DNA of 43,150 bases, from positions 1 through 43,150 of the forward strand of contig JBPCUI010000245.1 in assembly GCA_051011235.1 (NCBI GenBank), given 5' to 3'. How positions within the stretch are numbered: the first letter of the stretch is position 1; every line of letters begins with the position of its first letter. Made by a program: the position numbers and the translations under genes. The stretch is from Flavobacteriaceae bacterium. Its GTDB lineage: Bacteria > Bacteroidota > Bacteroidia > Flavobacteriales > Flavobacteriaceae. The notes beneath the pieces are model-generated. The model did no database searches. It saw only the letters and a program-made list of their open reading frames with translations, and was not told the origin of the DNA. This document shows, piece by piece, positions 26,062 to 36,819 of the stretch.

Positions 26062-29000
26062 TTAATCGATTCTGAGCGCGCCGATACCGGCATCCCACAG
26101 ACGTTTATTGTAATTAGGAATACCTTCCTTAATCAATTTATCAGCACGCAGTTTTAGTGATTTCCATTGCATATCGAGTTCTTCTTTTCGGTCTCTGGAA
26201 CTTTTATTAACCCTCGGAATTGCACTGTTGGTCTGATCTATCAAAAACATGTATTCTGCGGTAAATTTGTTCGGAAAGTTTTCTACATCATCATAGGCCC
26301 TGGATTTCCTTTGTACCATGTCTTCATCCCATGATCTTAGTTCTTGCAGAAGTGATTTTCCTTCATTCATCAATTCTTTGTCATCCAAGCCGTTTAGAAC
26401 ATCATTTAACTGTCCCTGGACACTGAATAAAGCGTTGACAGCACGATGCATTGATTCCAGTTTTTCCTCCATTTCGGTCATAAACAGATCGTATTCCAGA
26501 TGCTGTGCACTGCTTATGTCCACACCAGGTGTATTAATGATGTTACCCAAAGCTTCGGATTGACTATCTCCGGTTGTGATTCTCAAGGTGTAAGTCCCTG
26601 GAGCAGCCCTGTGCCCAGAAAAATTAGTCTCAAAATATACATTTTTAACGCCTGTTTTTGTAGGATGGTTCAGGTCCCAAACAAACCTGTTTAGCCCTTC
26701 AGTTTTAGAAAGCACCGGCACTGCTTTGGGTCCTCCATCGTATTTCTTATAGGTGGTATCTTTAACCGAGCTGAACTTTCGAATTATTTTCGATTCGGAA
26801 TTCAGGATCTCCAGTGTAACTTCAACCGAATCGGGTATTTTAGGCAGTTCGTAATACAATACCATCCCATTAGCCGGGTTAACACCATCGAATGGATGCG
26901 TTCCTTTAAAACTTTCTGAATTATCATTAAGTTCACTACCCCAACTGGCGTAATAGGTATCTTCCGGTGTGTACACTCTTAATCCTTTTTGAGTGGGTTC
27001 ATAGGCGGCTAACAAGGCAAGATCGTCGAGAACCCAGAATGCCCTGCCCGATGTAGCAACCACCAGATCGCCGTTTTTTACCTTGAGATCCGTAATAGGG
27101 CTTATGGGTAAATTGAGTTGAAGCGATTCCCAGGCCATGCCTCCATTCCAGGAAATATAGAGTCCTTTTTCTGTACCTGCATAAAGCAAATCCTTGCGCT
27201 TTTGATCTTCTCTGACTACCCGTGTAAAAGCTCCAAGTGGTATTCCCCGGCTAATATTTGTCCAGCTCTGTCCATAATTAGTTGTTTTGTACAAAGCCGG
27301 TGTGTGATTGTTGAACTTATACCGGGTAGTGGCAATGTAAGCAGTAGCCGGATCATGAGGTGATACTTCTATTGTGTTTACCAGACATTCCTGCAATCCT
27401 TTCGGGCTAACATTGGTCCATGTGCCACCCCCATCCCTGGTAATATGCACTAATCCGTCGTCGCTCCCCGTCCAGAAGACGCCTTTCTCATGAGGTGATT
27501 CTGTCATATAAGCAATTGTGCCATAGTTTTCAGCACCCACAGCTTCATTTGTATAAGGACCTCCTCCATTACCCTGCTTCTCATCGATATTACGGGTGAG
27601 ATCCGGAGAAATCTCTTCCCATGTAAGGCCCATGTCGCTGGTTCGTAGCACCAGCTGCGCACAGTGGTAATAAGTGCCGGGTTCATGTTTAGATCCGATT
27701 ATAGGCGCATTCCAATTAAACAGATATTTCATCTCCCTGGCGGGTCGGCCCAGGTACTGAATGGGTGCTGCCATTATTTTGGTTTCCTGTTTGGACTCCA
27801 TGTCGAGCACCTCAATTGTCCCTAAGTAATTCCCGCCCAGTACATACCTGGGATTATCGGGATCGAAGGCTGCATAGGCACTTTCACCACCTGCGGCATA
27901 GGTCCAGTCTTGTTCCGTAATTCCGCCGCGTCCGAGGGATAGTGATGGGATACGCACTGAGGAATTATCCTGCTGACCGCCATAAATATTATACGGAAAA
28001 AGGTTATCTGTATTTATCCGGTAGAATTGTGCGGTTGGCATATTGTCCTGTGTAGACCATGTCTCGCCATAGTTAAAGCTGATGGCTGCACCGCCATCGT
28101 TCGCTATCACCATGTTATCGGAATTATCCGGGTTGATCCATAGATCGTGAAAATCCCCATGTGTCCCGCTTAACCTCTCCCAGCTTTTGCCGCCATCGAT
28201 AGAGCGCAAAGCGGGGGCGCTCATTACGTAGACCGTATTTTCATCATTCGGATCTGGAAATACTTCGATATAATACCAGGCTCTTTGTACCAGCCGGTTA
28301 TCCCCGCTGACCATCTTCCAGTTTTTACCGGCATCATTGGAAACGAAGAGTCCGCCTTTATCCTTTTCGGTGTCGCTTTCTATTAAAGCGTATACTTTGT
28401 CCGCATTTGCCGCACTAACTGCAATGGCCATTTTTCCCTTTTCTTCAGGTAGTCCTTTGTGAATTTTATTCCAGGTTTCGCCACCATTAGTCGATTTGTA
28501 AAGTCCGCTGCCTTCACCGCCACTGATCACCTTATGAGGTTTACGCTGGTGATGCCACATGGCCGCATAAAGTGTTTCCGGAGTATTGGGATCCATAGAC
28601 AATTCTGAACAGCCGGTAAGTTCGTTCACAAACAACTGTTGATCCCAGCTTTTACCTCCATCTGTAGATTTGTATATCCCTCTTTCTTTGTTAGGTCCGT
28701 ATAATGCACCCTGGGCCGCAACATATACAATATCAGGATTGGTAGGGTGAATTATAATTCGAGATATGTGCTGGGTGGCTTCAAGACCCATCTTTTTCCA
28801 GGTATTGCCCGCGTCTATAGATTTATATACGCCATCGCCATAAGAGGTCATTACCCCTCGAGGTGCGTGCTCTCCCATGCCACAGTAGAGAACACTTGAA
28901 TTTGAGGGTGCGACAGCTATGGCACCGACTGATCCGGTTTGGAAATATCCATCCGAAATATTTGTCCAGCGCTGGCCGGCATCCGAGGTTTTCCAGAGTC

Positions 29001-29187
29001 CACCGCCAGTGGTACCCATATAATAGGTCAACGGATCCCCGATCACACCAGTGGCACAAACTGACCTGCCGCCCCTGAATGGACCTATGTTCCGGTATTT
29101 TACAGGTTTGAAATATTCTACGGCATTCTGAGCTCCCAGGCTCGATATAGATATAATAGCAAGGAGGAGGTATCTAAAAATCTTCAT
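26062..29187 (-). CDS. Asp-box (BNR) repeat, sortilin/VPS10-like double beta-propeller protein, secreted
   Basis: It has a signal peptide and many SxDxGxxW motifs ([48 protein letters not shown]). The product is 1041 aa. Confidence 0.85.
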   Translation of the reverse strand: MKIFRYLLLAIISISSLGAQNAVEYFKPVKYRNIGPFRGGRSVCATGVIGDPLTYYMGTTGGGLWKTSDAGQRWTNISDGYFQTGSVGAIAVAPSNSSVLYCGMGEHAPRGVMTSYGDGVYKSIDAGNTWKKMGLEATQHISRIIIHPTNPDIVYVAAQGALYGPNKERGIYKSTDGGKSWDQQLFVNELTGCSELSMDPNTPETLYAAMWHHQRKPHKVISGGEGSGLYKSTNGGETWNKIHKGLPEEKGKMAIAVSAANADKVYALIESDTEKDKGGLFVSNDAGKNWKMVSGDNRLVQRAWYYIEVFPDPNDENTVYVMSAPALRSIDGGKSWERLSGTHGDFHDLWINPDNSDNMVIANDGGAAISFNYGETWSTQDNMPTAQFYRINTDNLFPYNIYGGQQDNSSVRIPSLSLGRGGITEQDWTYAAGGESAYAAFDPDNPRYVLGGNYLGTIEVLDMESKQETKIMAAPIQYLGRPAREMKYLFNWNAPIIGSKHEPGTYYHCAQLVLRTSDMGLTWEEISPDLTRNIDEKQGNGGGPYTNEAVGAENYGTIAYMTESPHEKGVFWTGSDDGLVHITRDGGGTWTNVSPKGLQECLVNTIEVSPHDPATAYIATTRYKFNNHTPALYKTTNYGQSWTNISRGIPLGAFTRVVREDQKRKDLLYAGTEKGLYISWNGGMAWESLQLNLPISPITDLKVKNGDLVVATSGRAFWVLDDLALLAAYEPTQKGLRVYTPEDTYYASWGSELNDNSESFKGTHPFDGVNPANGMVLYYELPKIPDSVEVTLEILNSESKIIRKFSSVKDTTYKKYDGGPKAVPVLSKTEGLNRFVWDLNHPTKTGVKNVYFETNFSGHRAAPGTYTLRITTGDSQSEALGNIINTPGVDISSAQHLEYDLFMTEMEEKLESMHRAVNALFSVQGQLNDVLNGLDDKELMNEGKSLLQELRSWDEDMVQRKSRAYDDVENFPNKFTAEYMFLIDQTNSAIPRVNKSSRDRKEELDMQWKSLKLRADKLIKEGIPNYNKRLWDAGIGALRID

Positions 29188-29201
29188 ATGTCGGTAATTG
29201 T

Positions 29202-32200
29202 TTAATTATCTTCTACAAAAAGGTAGTTTAATTTTAATGTGTTAAAGGAGTTGTTGAACGACTTAATTTCGTCATCAACCAACTTATTAAAATCTTTCAG
29301 CTGGGTATTGATCTTGGTAGTGAGTTCGCTTTTTACAGCTATATCCTGTTCGGTTGGCGGAAAATCGTCAATGGTTACCAGCCGGTTAAGATGCCCTAAT
29401 TTGTTTGTCAAGCGAATCGGAAAATTTAGAGGATCCTGGTTGCTTCTGTTTTTGGTCTGGTACAACGCCTTCTCAATATTCTCAAAATCCTCTTTCATCT
29501 TATTTGCTTTTTCAACCAATTCTTCTGTGCCTTCCACTCCTTCAAAGCGTTTCCTGAACTCCTCCAGCTGAGCTGATACTCTTCGTATTTTCTTAATCGA
29601 CTGATGCGCTTTATCTATCGTATTATTGACATCAGTCACAAAATCAAACTGCTTATTCATTTCCGCCAGGCTAACTTCTGCCCTCGGGTCGGCTAATATT
29701 GTAAAATCCTGAGATTGACTCGATCCATTTACGTTAAGATGAACCATATACCCGCCAGGAACTGCCTTGGCTCCTTCCAAATAAACAGACCAAAGAATCA
29801 TTCCTTCCAGTTTTTCGGCTCCTTTACCCCTGGTATTCCATACGTGGGTATTGCCGCCTTTTTTTAGTTTCAGCAATTTTTTCTTGTCCTTAGACGAATT
29901 CTTAAAGCTCGCAAGAGTATCTCCGGTTTTGGAAGTATAGGTTAGTACAATGCTGTCATTTTCTTTAAGATCTTTAAGATAGAAATGTGTAATCACACCG
30001 TTCGGATGATTAGCTCCGGCGAGCTTTGAAGGTTTTTCTACCGTTCTACCTTTGGTTCTATAGGATTCCTTGGGTTGAAACAAGATGTTATCCCTTCGTT
30101 TTGATTCATCATTCAGCTGATGCAAAACAGTCAAATCGTCAAGGATCCAAATGCTTCGTCCCTGGGTAGCCACTACAAGGTTGTTATCCTTCACAGCGAG
30201 ATCTGTAATGGGAACTACAGGAAGATTTTGCTGGAAAGCTTGCCAATGCCCCCCCTGATCGAAACTGATGTACATGCCTGTTTCTGTTCCGGCATAGAGC
30301 AATCCTTTGCGCACAGGATCTTCCCGAAGTACCCTGGTAAAATGTTCGGAGGGAATATTCCCGGAAATTTCTTGCCAGGTGGTTCCATAATCAGTGGTCT
30401 TATAGAGATAAGGCCGGAAATCACCCAATTTATACCTGGTTGCCGCTACATAACAGGTCCCTTCTTCAAAATGCGAAGGTTCAACACTGTTGATCATGCT
30501 CCATTCGGGTAGTTGTGAGGGTGTTATGTTTTTCCAACTTGCTCCCCCATCCCTGGTAAGGTGGATAAGTCCGTCGTCACTGCCTACCCAGATTAGACCT
30601 TCTTTAAGAGGGCTTTCGTTAGCAGCGAAAATAGTACAGTAGTATTCCACACCTGTATTGTCTTGAGTAATAGGTCCTCCGCTGGACACCAACTTCTGTG
30701 GATCATTACGTGTTAAATCGTCACTTAACAACTGCCAACTTTGTCCTTCGTTCGTGCTCATGTGAACATGGTTGGAAAAAGTGTAAAGCTTTTTCGGGTC
30801 GTGTTTGCTGAACATGATCGGGAAGTTCCACTGGAATCGATATTTCATTCCTTCGGCCCCATAGCCCATTGGATTATCCGGCCAGACATTCACTGCCCTT
30901 TCCGTCTTGGTTTTGTGATTGACCCTGGTCAGATATCCTCCGTAACTGCCTCCGTAAACCACATCATTGTCTGATGGGTCTACAGCTATATGAGCAGACT
31001 CTCCACCTGCGGTTGGTTCCCAATCGTCCCTGTCTATGACGCTTCCATCGCTACGGTGATTAATTCTGATTGTGCTATTGTCTTGCTGTGCTACGTAAAT
31101 CCGATAGGGAAATGCATCATCTGTGGTAACCCTGTAAAACTGGGCGGTAGGTTGATTGTAGTAAGTACTCCATGTTGTGCCACCATCGTAAGATATTTGT
31201 GCTCCGCCATCATCACCGATGATCATTCGGTCAGAATTTTCAGGAGCGATCCACAAGTCGTGATGATCGCCATGAGGGGCGTTAAACGTCTCAAAGGTTT
31301 TTCCGCCGTCTTTCGAACGATGATAGCGAACGTTCAGAACATATACCAGGTCTTCATCTTCGGTGTCAGCGTACACACGTGTGTAATACCAGGCTCTTTG
31401 TCTTAGTTTTCGCTCTTTATTTACCTGTTCCCATTTTTGACCGCCATCGTCAGATCGGTACAGTCCACCTTTGTCTTTGTGTTCCACAATTGCCCAAACC
31501 CGATCGGAATTCCGAGGAGAAACAGTAACTCCTATAATTCCAAGTGTATCTTTGGGAAAACCTTCATTTTTTGAGATGTCTGTCCAGCTTTTACCTTCAT
31601 CTGTACTTTTCCACAATGCAGAACCGGCGCCTCCACTACTCAAACTGTATGGGGTGCGCTGAACTCTCCAGGTAGACGCATACAAAATCCTGGGGTTATT
31701 GGGATCCATTGTAAGATCTACTGCGCCGGCCTGATCATTTACAAAAAGTACTTGTGCCCAATTCTTACCTCCATCGGTACTTTTGTAAATTCCTCTGTCC
31801 TTTGCAGGTTTATATATATTTCCCAATACGGCTGCATAGACAATATTGTTGTCTGTAGGGTGAACCCGTAGCCTGGGAATATGCCTGCTTTTTTCCAGAC
31901 CTGCCTGGTTCCAGGTTTTGCCCGCATCCGTACTCTTCCAAACTCCATATCCGGAAGAAACGTTACCTCTAACCGTTTTTTCTCCGCCTCCAACATAAAT
32001 AACATTAGGATCGTTCCTGGCTATTTCCACAGCCCCTATACTTCCGCCAAAAAAACCATCCGAAATATTTGACCAGCTACGGCCACCATTAGTTGTCTTC
32101 CATACGCCACCGCCTGCTGCTCCGAAATAAAAGAGATTCGGTTTTCCGGGAACTCCGGTTACGGCTGCCGAGCGTCCTCCTCTGAATGGCCCCACAAGTC

Positions 32201-32345
32201 TGTAGTCCATACTTGAATACAATTCCACTGGAATTTTTGAAGGGGTAGAAGCATCGCTTTTTTTTCTTTTTTGAGCGTTTGCCTGAAAGGAGGTAAGTAC
32301 TAGGGCGAGTAGAAACAGACTGGCCCGGACCATTTGATATTTCAT
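29202..32345 (-). CDS. Asp-box (BNR) repeat, sortilin/VPS10-like double beta-propeller protein, secreted (paralogue of the adjacent gene)
   Basis: It has a signal peptide and repeated SxDxGxxW motifs ([48 protein letters not shown]). It is collinear with 26062..29187. Confidence 0.85.
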   Translation of the reverse strand: MKYQMVRASLFLLALVLTSFQANAQKRKKSDASTPSKIPVELYSSMDYRLVGPFRGGRSAAVTGVPGKPNLFYFGAAGGGVWKTTNGGRSWSNISDGFFGGSIGAVEIARNDPNVIYVGGGEKTVRGNVSSGYGVWKSTDAGKTWNQAGLEKSRHIPRLRVHPTDNNIVYAAVLGNIYKPAKDRGIYKSTDGGKNWAQVLFVNDQAGAVDLTMDPNNPRILYASTWRVQRTPYSLSSGGAGSALWKSTDEGKSWTDISKNEGFPKDTLGIIGVTVSPRNSDRVWAIVEHKDKGGLYRSDDGGQKWEQVNKERKLRQRAWYYTRVYADTEDEDLVYVLNVRYHRSKDGGKTFETFNAPHGDHHDLWIAPENSDRMIIGDDGGAQISYDGGTTWSTYYNQPTAQFYRVTTDDAFPYRIYVAQQDNSTIRINHRSDGSVIDRDDWEPTAGGESAHIAVDPSDNDVVYGGSYGGYLTRVNHKTKTERAVNVWPDNPMGYGAEGMKYRFQWNFPIMFSKHDPKKLYTFSNHVHMSTNEGQSWQLLSDDLTRNDPQKLVSSGGPITQDNTGVEYYCTIFAANESPLKEGLIWVGSDDGLIHLTRDGGASWKNITPSQLPEWSMINSVEPSHFEEGTCYVAATRYKLGDFRPYLYKTTDYGTTWQEISGNIPSEHFTRVLREDPVRKGLLYAGTETGMYISFDQGGHWQAFQQNLPVVPITDLAVKDNNLVVATQGRSIWILDDLTVLHQLNDESKRRDNILFQPKESYRTKGRTVEKPSKLAGANHPNGVITHFYLKDLKENDSIVLTYTSKTGDTLASFKNSSKDKKKLLKLKKGGNTHVWNTRGKGAEKLEGMILWSVYLEGAKAVPGGYMVHLNVNGSSQSQDFTILADPRAEVSLAEMNKQFDFVTDVNNTIDKAHQSIKKIRRVSAQLEEFRKRFEGVEGTEELVEKANKMKEDFENIEKALYQTKNRSNQDPLNFPIRLTNKLGHLNRLVTIDDFPPTEQDIAVKSELTTKINTQLKDFNKLVDDEIKSFNNSFNTLKLNYLFVEDN

Positions 32346-32502
32346 AGTTTTTCGGCTGATTTAGTAAAGCTTAAATGTAAGCAAAAAGAAAGGATTGATA
32401 AATCTAAAAACAACAAGAAAAACAATTAAAATTGTATCTTGGAAAATGCCCTTCCAATAGGTCATACAGACTTAATTTATTAATCCCAAAAAATCTAAAA
32501 CT

Positions 32503-32985
32503 TTGAAAAAAATATTACGATTGGCCAGTAGCGGGATTATCCTCTTACTTGTATTCGGTGTAGTTTCTTGTGTCGAGAGTCAAAAGACTGGACAGGAGTA
32601 TAAAGTCTCCACCCAAGACCTCGAAACCCTGCATTACCTGAAAGAAGTAGAATGGCCTAAAGCATATCGCGAACAGGATACCATCTTACTGGATAGAATT
32701 CTCGGTGATGATTTCCAGATGATCGATGCCGCCGGCAATTGGTCAGACAAGGCCGCTGAGCTGGCCTGGATCAAAGAAAATGCTTCAGCTCCGGATTCCT
32801 TCTATTACGATATCAAACGACTGGATGCGCTTGAAAACGGTACCGTACTAATCTGCGGAACAGGTCATATTTTTAATGATACCACGCATACTATTTATCA
32901 ATCGAGTAATATTTTGATAAAAAGAAGTGGGAACTGGAAAGCGGTAGCCTCACATGTTTCCGGAGTAAAACCAGCCCTGGACTAA
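32503..32985 (+). CDS. DUF4440/NTF2-like (SnoaL-like) lipoprotein
   Basis: It has a TTG start and a signal peptide with a lipobox-like VVSC. The core is NTF2-like (DDFQMIDAAGNWSDKAA). Confidence 0.7.
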   Translation: MKKILRLASSGIILLLVFGVVSCVESQKTGQEYKVSTQDLETLHYLKEVEWPKAYREQDTILLDRILGDDFQMIDAAGNWSDKAAELAWIKENASAPDSFYYDIKRLDALENGTVLICGTGHIFNDTTHTIYQSSNILIKRSGNWKAVASHVSGVKPALD

Positions 32986-33108
32986 TTGAGTATACCTACT
33001 ATTTTTATTGTATTTTCAGGGCGAACTTCCGCCTTAGGTGCGGCTGATCGACCAAAGAGATTTATACTAGCGTTTATTAAGAAGTCGCGATTTTCAAATT
33101 CGTAAAAA

Positions 33109-33993
33109 ATGATCCTCAATAAAAGAATACCAATAAAATACTGGCTGAAACTCATCAAATGGGACCTGCTTATCGTCACCGTCTTTTCAGTGGTCATGTA
33201 CCTGTTTCAGGATTATATGAGCCGTCTTGCCATTCCAATTTCAGTAGGTGGGTTCCTTGGCACTGCCATTGCTCTTCTCCTATCTTTTAAACTTGCACAG
33301 TCCTATGATCGTTGGTGGGAAGCTCGTAAAATTTGGGGGGCTATCGTGAATGATTCAAGGAGTTTGATACTGCAAGTCAAACATTTTCTACCAGCCGAGA
33401 ACAGGGTCGTCTTGCGAACCATAGGATACCGCCAGATCGCATGGTGTTATGCCGTCTGCAATCACCTTAGAAAATTAGACAGCCACAAGGATGTAATACC
33501 GATGGTCTCCGAAATGGAGTGGGAAGTATTGAAAGATCATAAGCATATCCCGTTAGCCCTGATGGACTTCACTGTAGGTGATGTTTCGGCACTTCACAAA
33601 AGCAAACAATTAAACGACTATCAGCACGTGCAAATTGACAAAACTTTAGTTAGGCTAACAGCCTCGCTCGGAAAAGCCGAAAGAATCAAGAATACCGTTT
33701 TCCCTACTACTTATCGTGTTATTCTTCATTTCTTTATCTATATATTCCTTATTGTGCTTTCTATTCCATTATCAGAATTATTCCGATTTTCAGAGATCCC
33801 ATTACTAATAGGTATTTCCCTTCCTTTCTTCTTTCTTGAAAAAATAGCTTTTACCATACAGGATCCTTTTGAGAATGCCCCTACCGATACTGCGATGCGT
33901 GAGATCTCCAAAAATATTGAGCGCAATATTCTTCAGATTCTTGATGAAGAAGTGCCTGATGCCGTACGCCCGGATTCTTATTATATTTTGTGA
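33109..33993 (+). CDS. bestrophin family ion channel (UPF0187/YneE)
   Basis: The motif SYDRWWEARKIWGAIVNDSRS is present, and the TM pattern fits bacterial bestrophins. Confidence 0.85.
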   Translation: MILNKRIPIKYWLKLIKWDLLIVTVFSVVMYLFQDYMSRLAIPISVGGFLGTAIALLLSFKLAQSYDRWWEARKIWGAIVNDSRSLILQVKHFLPAENRVVLRTIGYRQIAWCYAVCNHLRKLDSHKDVIPMVSEMEWEVLKDHKHIPLALMDFTVGDVSALHKSKQLNDYQHVQIDKTLVRLTASLGKAERIKNTVFPTTYRVILHFFIYIFLIVLSIPLSELFRFSEIPLLIGISLPFFFLEKIAFTIQDPFENAPTDTAMREISKNIERNILQILDEEVPDAVRPDSYYIL

Positions 33994-34052
33994 TCCCCCT
34001 AATTAAAATTCCAGACCTGTATAGAGCTAAATACATTTGAGATGGTACTGCA

Positions 34053-35444
34053 TCAATCTGTCAGTGGAGTCTTCAGATTCGTTCTGATCTCCTTCCTCAC
34101 AAAGTATCCGGTTACAATTGTCGCCAGTATATCAGCTATTGGAAACGAGACCCATACCCCCACTTCACCAAAATACAGTGGAAGGATCAATATGAGTGGA
34201 ATAAAAAAGAAACCCTGACGCGTGAGTGTTAACAACAGGGCGGGGATCGCCTTACCGACTGCCTGAAAGTAGGCAGCGCCTATAAGTTGCAACGCAATAA
34301 TCGGGGTAGCAGCAAATACCCATCTCATGGCCGAAGGGGCATGTTGCATAACAAAGAGATTGGTGGCTTTTTCGATCTCTGGTAGGTCGGGGCGATTACT
34401 TAAAAACAAAGATGTGATCGCATCGGGGAAAACCATGAGCCCAATGAACACCAGCGAGGCTACGAATGCCGCGTACTTGATGGCAGTGTTGATACTTTCT
34501 CGCACTCTTTCATATTTCCTCGCTCCGTAATTGTATCCTGCTATTGGAAGGAATCCCTGGGTAACTCCAAAGACCGGGAAAAAAGCGAACATCAGCATCC
34601 TTCCTATGATTGCGTATACTGCGATCAGTGGCTCACCACCGAGATTAAAAAGGATGTTATTCATCAACAAGTAGGTGATACTGGTGACCGCCTGCCGTGA
34701 GAGTGTTACAAAACCCAATGCGCCAATTTCTTTTAAAATTCCACTTTCCAGGAAGAAATGATGTGTGCTTAATTTAAGTTCAGAATGGCGAGATTTAAAA
34801 TACCAGAGTATATAGAAGAAGCAAAGCAGATAGCTGCCGGTACTTGCCCAGGCTGCACCCTGCATTCCCCAATCGAAGATATAGATAAACACATAATCCA
34901 GAACCAGGTTACCTACAGACGGGATGATCATGGCAATCATGGCGAAACGAGGCTTCCCTTCGGCCCGGATTACGGTATTGCCCATCATACATAAGGCAAG
35001 GAATGGAACACCGTACAATACAACGGTGTAATAGATCTTAGCCGGCTCGAATATGGCCCCTTTTCCACCAAATAAAGGAATCAAACCATCTACATAGTAC
35101 AACCCCAATATCACCATCGCGATGGTCAGCATCAGTGTCAGGGTAATTTGGTTGCCAAAAGTCTTTAGTGCACGCTCGTCATTATCTGCGCCAAGAGCCC
35201 GGGAGATGATACTACTTCCTCCTATTCCGATTGCCATTCCCAAAGCCGCAATAAAAAAGGATACCGGCAATACAACATTGATGGCAGCTATGGCAATAGA
35301 CCCGATCCAGTTGCCCACAAAAATTGTGTCGACCAGAATATTAAGACTCATCACCAGGATACCGATAGATGCAGGAACGGCCTGGCGTACTAATAGTCGG
35401 CCTATAGGGTCGGTACCCAGTTGATCTGATGAGACATTTGCCAT
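34053..35444 (-). CDS. MATE family efflux transporter
   Basis: The 463-aa product has a 12-TM profile and an N-terminus PIGRLLVRQAVPASIGILVMSLNILVDTIFVG typical of MatE proteins. Confidence 0.93.
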   Translation of the reverse strand: MANVSSDQLGTDPIGRLLVRQAVPASIGILVMSLNILVDTIFVGNWIGSIAIAAINVVLPVSFFIAALGMAIGIGGSSIISRALGADNDERALKTFGNQITLTLMLTIAMVILGLYYVDGLIPLFGGKGAIFEPAKIYYTVVLYGVPFLALCMMGNTVIRAEGKPRFAMIAMIIPSVGNLVLDYVFIYIFDWGMQGAAWASTGSYLLCFFYILWYFKSRHSELKLSTHHFFLESGILKEIGALGFVTLSRQAVTSITYLLMNNILFNLGGEPLIAVYAIIGRMLMFAFFPVFGVTQGFLPIAGYNYGARKYERVRESINTAIKYAAFVASLVFIGLMVFPDAITSLFLSNRPDLPEIEKATNLFVMQHAPSAMRWVFAATPIIALQLIGAAYFQAVGKAIPALLLTLTRQGFFFIPLILILPLYFGEVGVWVSFPIADILATIVTGYFVRKEIRTNLKTPLTD

Positions 35445-35560
35445 ATTTTATAAGTAATCAGGCTGTATTTGGTTAATTATTCATCCTCTATTCAAGAGTG
35501 CTTTCGGATTGGTTTCAGACTAGATTTTAGCCGCGGACATACCAATAAATATAATTCTTG

Positions 35561-36595
35561 CTATACGGGCAATCGTCCGGATCCACTCCATTGATTGATC
35601 CACATGGCCATCAGGGATACCCAATCTTTCCGGTCGTTCAAACAACCTATATGAATGTAATTCTCCCCTCCTGCCTGCATAAATTGTTCTTTGCCTTCCA
35701 TAGCGATCTCTTCCAGTGTCTCCAGACAATCACTGACAAAGGCCGGGGTTATTACAGCTAAACTTTTCTTTCCGGCTTTAGCCAGTCTCTCGAATTCGTA
35801 ATCTGTGTACGGTTTGAGCCAGGGATCACCGGCCAAACGGCTCTGAAATGAATTGCTTACCTTTTCTTTTGGCAATTTCAGGGTATTCACAACCATTTCC
35901 GTTGTGTCGAAACACTGATGTCTATAACAGGTATGATGTGCCACTGAATTTACCTTGCAGCAATTCTCATCTATTTTGCAATGATATTTAGTGGGGTCAG
36001 ATTTTCTAAGATGGCGTTCCGGTATTCCGTGGTATGAGAATAATATATGATCGTATTCAAAATCGCGCAGACCTTCCGAAATCGAATTGGAGAGTACCTG
36101 AATATAATCTGGGTTCTTATAAAAAGCAGCTAAGGTGATCAGCTTTAAATTTGGGAAACTTACTCTTTGTTCTTCCATGGCCTTAACTACTACGGTCTCA
36201 TAGGAACTCATGGCATAATGCGGGTACAAAGGCACCAGCAGTACTTCTTGCACACCCTGTGCGGTAAGGGACTCCAGCGCATCTTTTATTCGCATGGATC
36301 CATAGCGCATTCCCAGAGCGATCGGAACTTCTGTTTGCGATTGAACTTTGTCCTTAAAGCGCTGAGAGATTACAACTAAAGGCGAACCCTCTTCCCACCA
36401 GATCTTTTGATATGCCTTTGCCGACCGTTTGGGTCGTGTTCTCAGGATAATCCCTCTTACAATGATATTCCGCAACCAGGCAGGCACATCAATAACGCGT
36501 TCATCCATCAAGAATTCATCCAGGTATGGCTTTAGATCTTTTGGATTTGGACTATCCGGTGAACCCAGATTTACTAGTAAAACACCTTTTTTCAT
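35561..36595 (-). CDS. hemH: ferrochelatase
   Basis: The sequence contains MKKGVLLVNLGSPDSP...YLDEFLMD and FSYHGIPE (catalytic His region). The product is 344 aa. Confidence 0.95.
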   Translation of the reverse strand: MKKGVLLVNLGSPDSPNPKDLKPYLDEFLMDERVIDVPAWLRNIIVRGIILRTRPKRSAKAYQKIWWEEGSPLVVISQRFKDKVQSQTEVPIALGMRYGSMRIKDALESLTAQGVQEVLLVPLYPHYAMSSYETVVVKAMEEQRVSFPNLKLITLAAFYKNPDYIQVLSNSISEGLRDFEYDHILFSYHGIPERHLRKSDPTKYHCKIDENCCKVNSVAHHTCYRHQCFDTTEMVVNTLKLPKEKVSNSFQSRLAGDPWLKPYTDYEFERLAKAGKKSLAVITPAFVSDCLETLEEIAMEGKEQFMQAGGENYIHIGCLNDRKDWVSLMAMWINQWSGSGRLPV

Positions 36596-36819
36596 AATGG
36601 TTTCTTCCGAATATGCAGGTCGACTGTAACCGCCCCGGTGGAATTATTTTTAACAGCGCTAAAGTACTACATGCCCTCAAATTCCGTTAAAAATAGACAT
36701 TAGCTTTTTGTAATGCACTTATAAGCAACCTCTATGGGGTAACCGACCATGGATTTATAAACGCAGAAAAGCTAACGCCAAAGCCTGCTTAGGCGCGAGA
36801 TCCCAAATGTAACCAAAAG

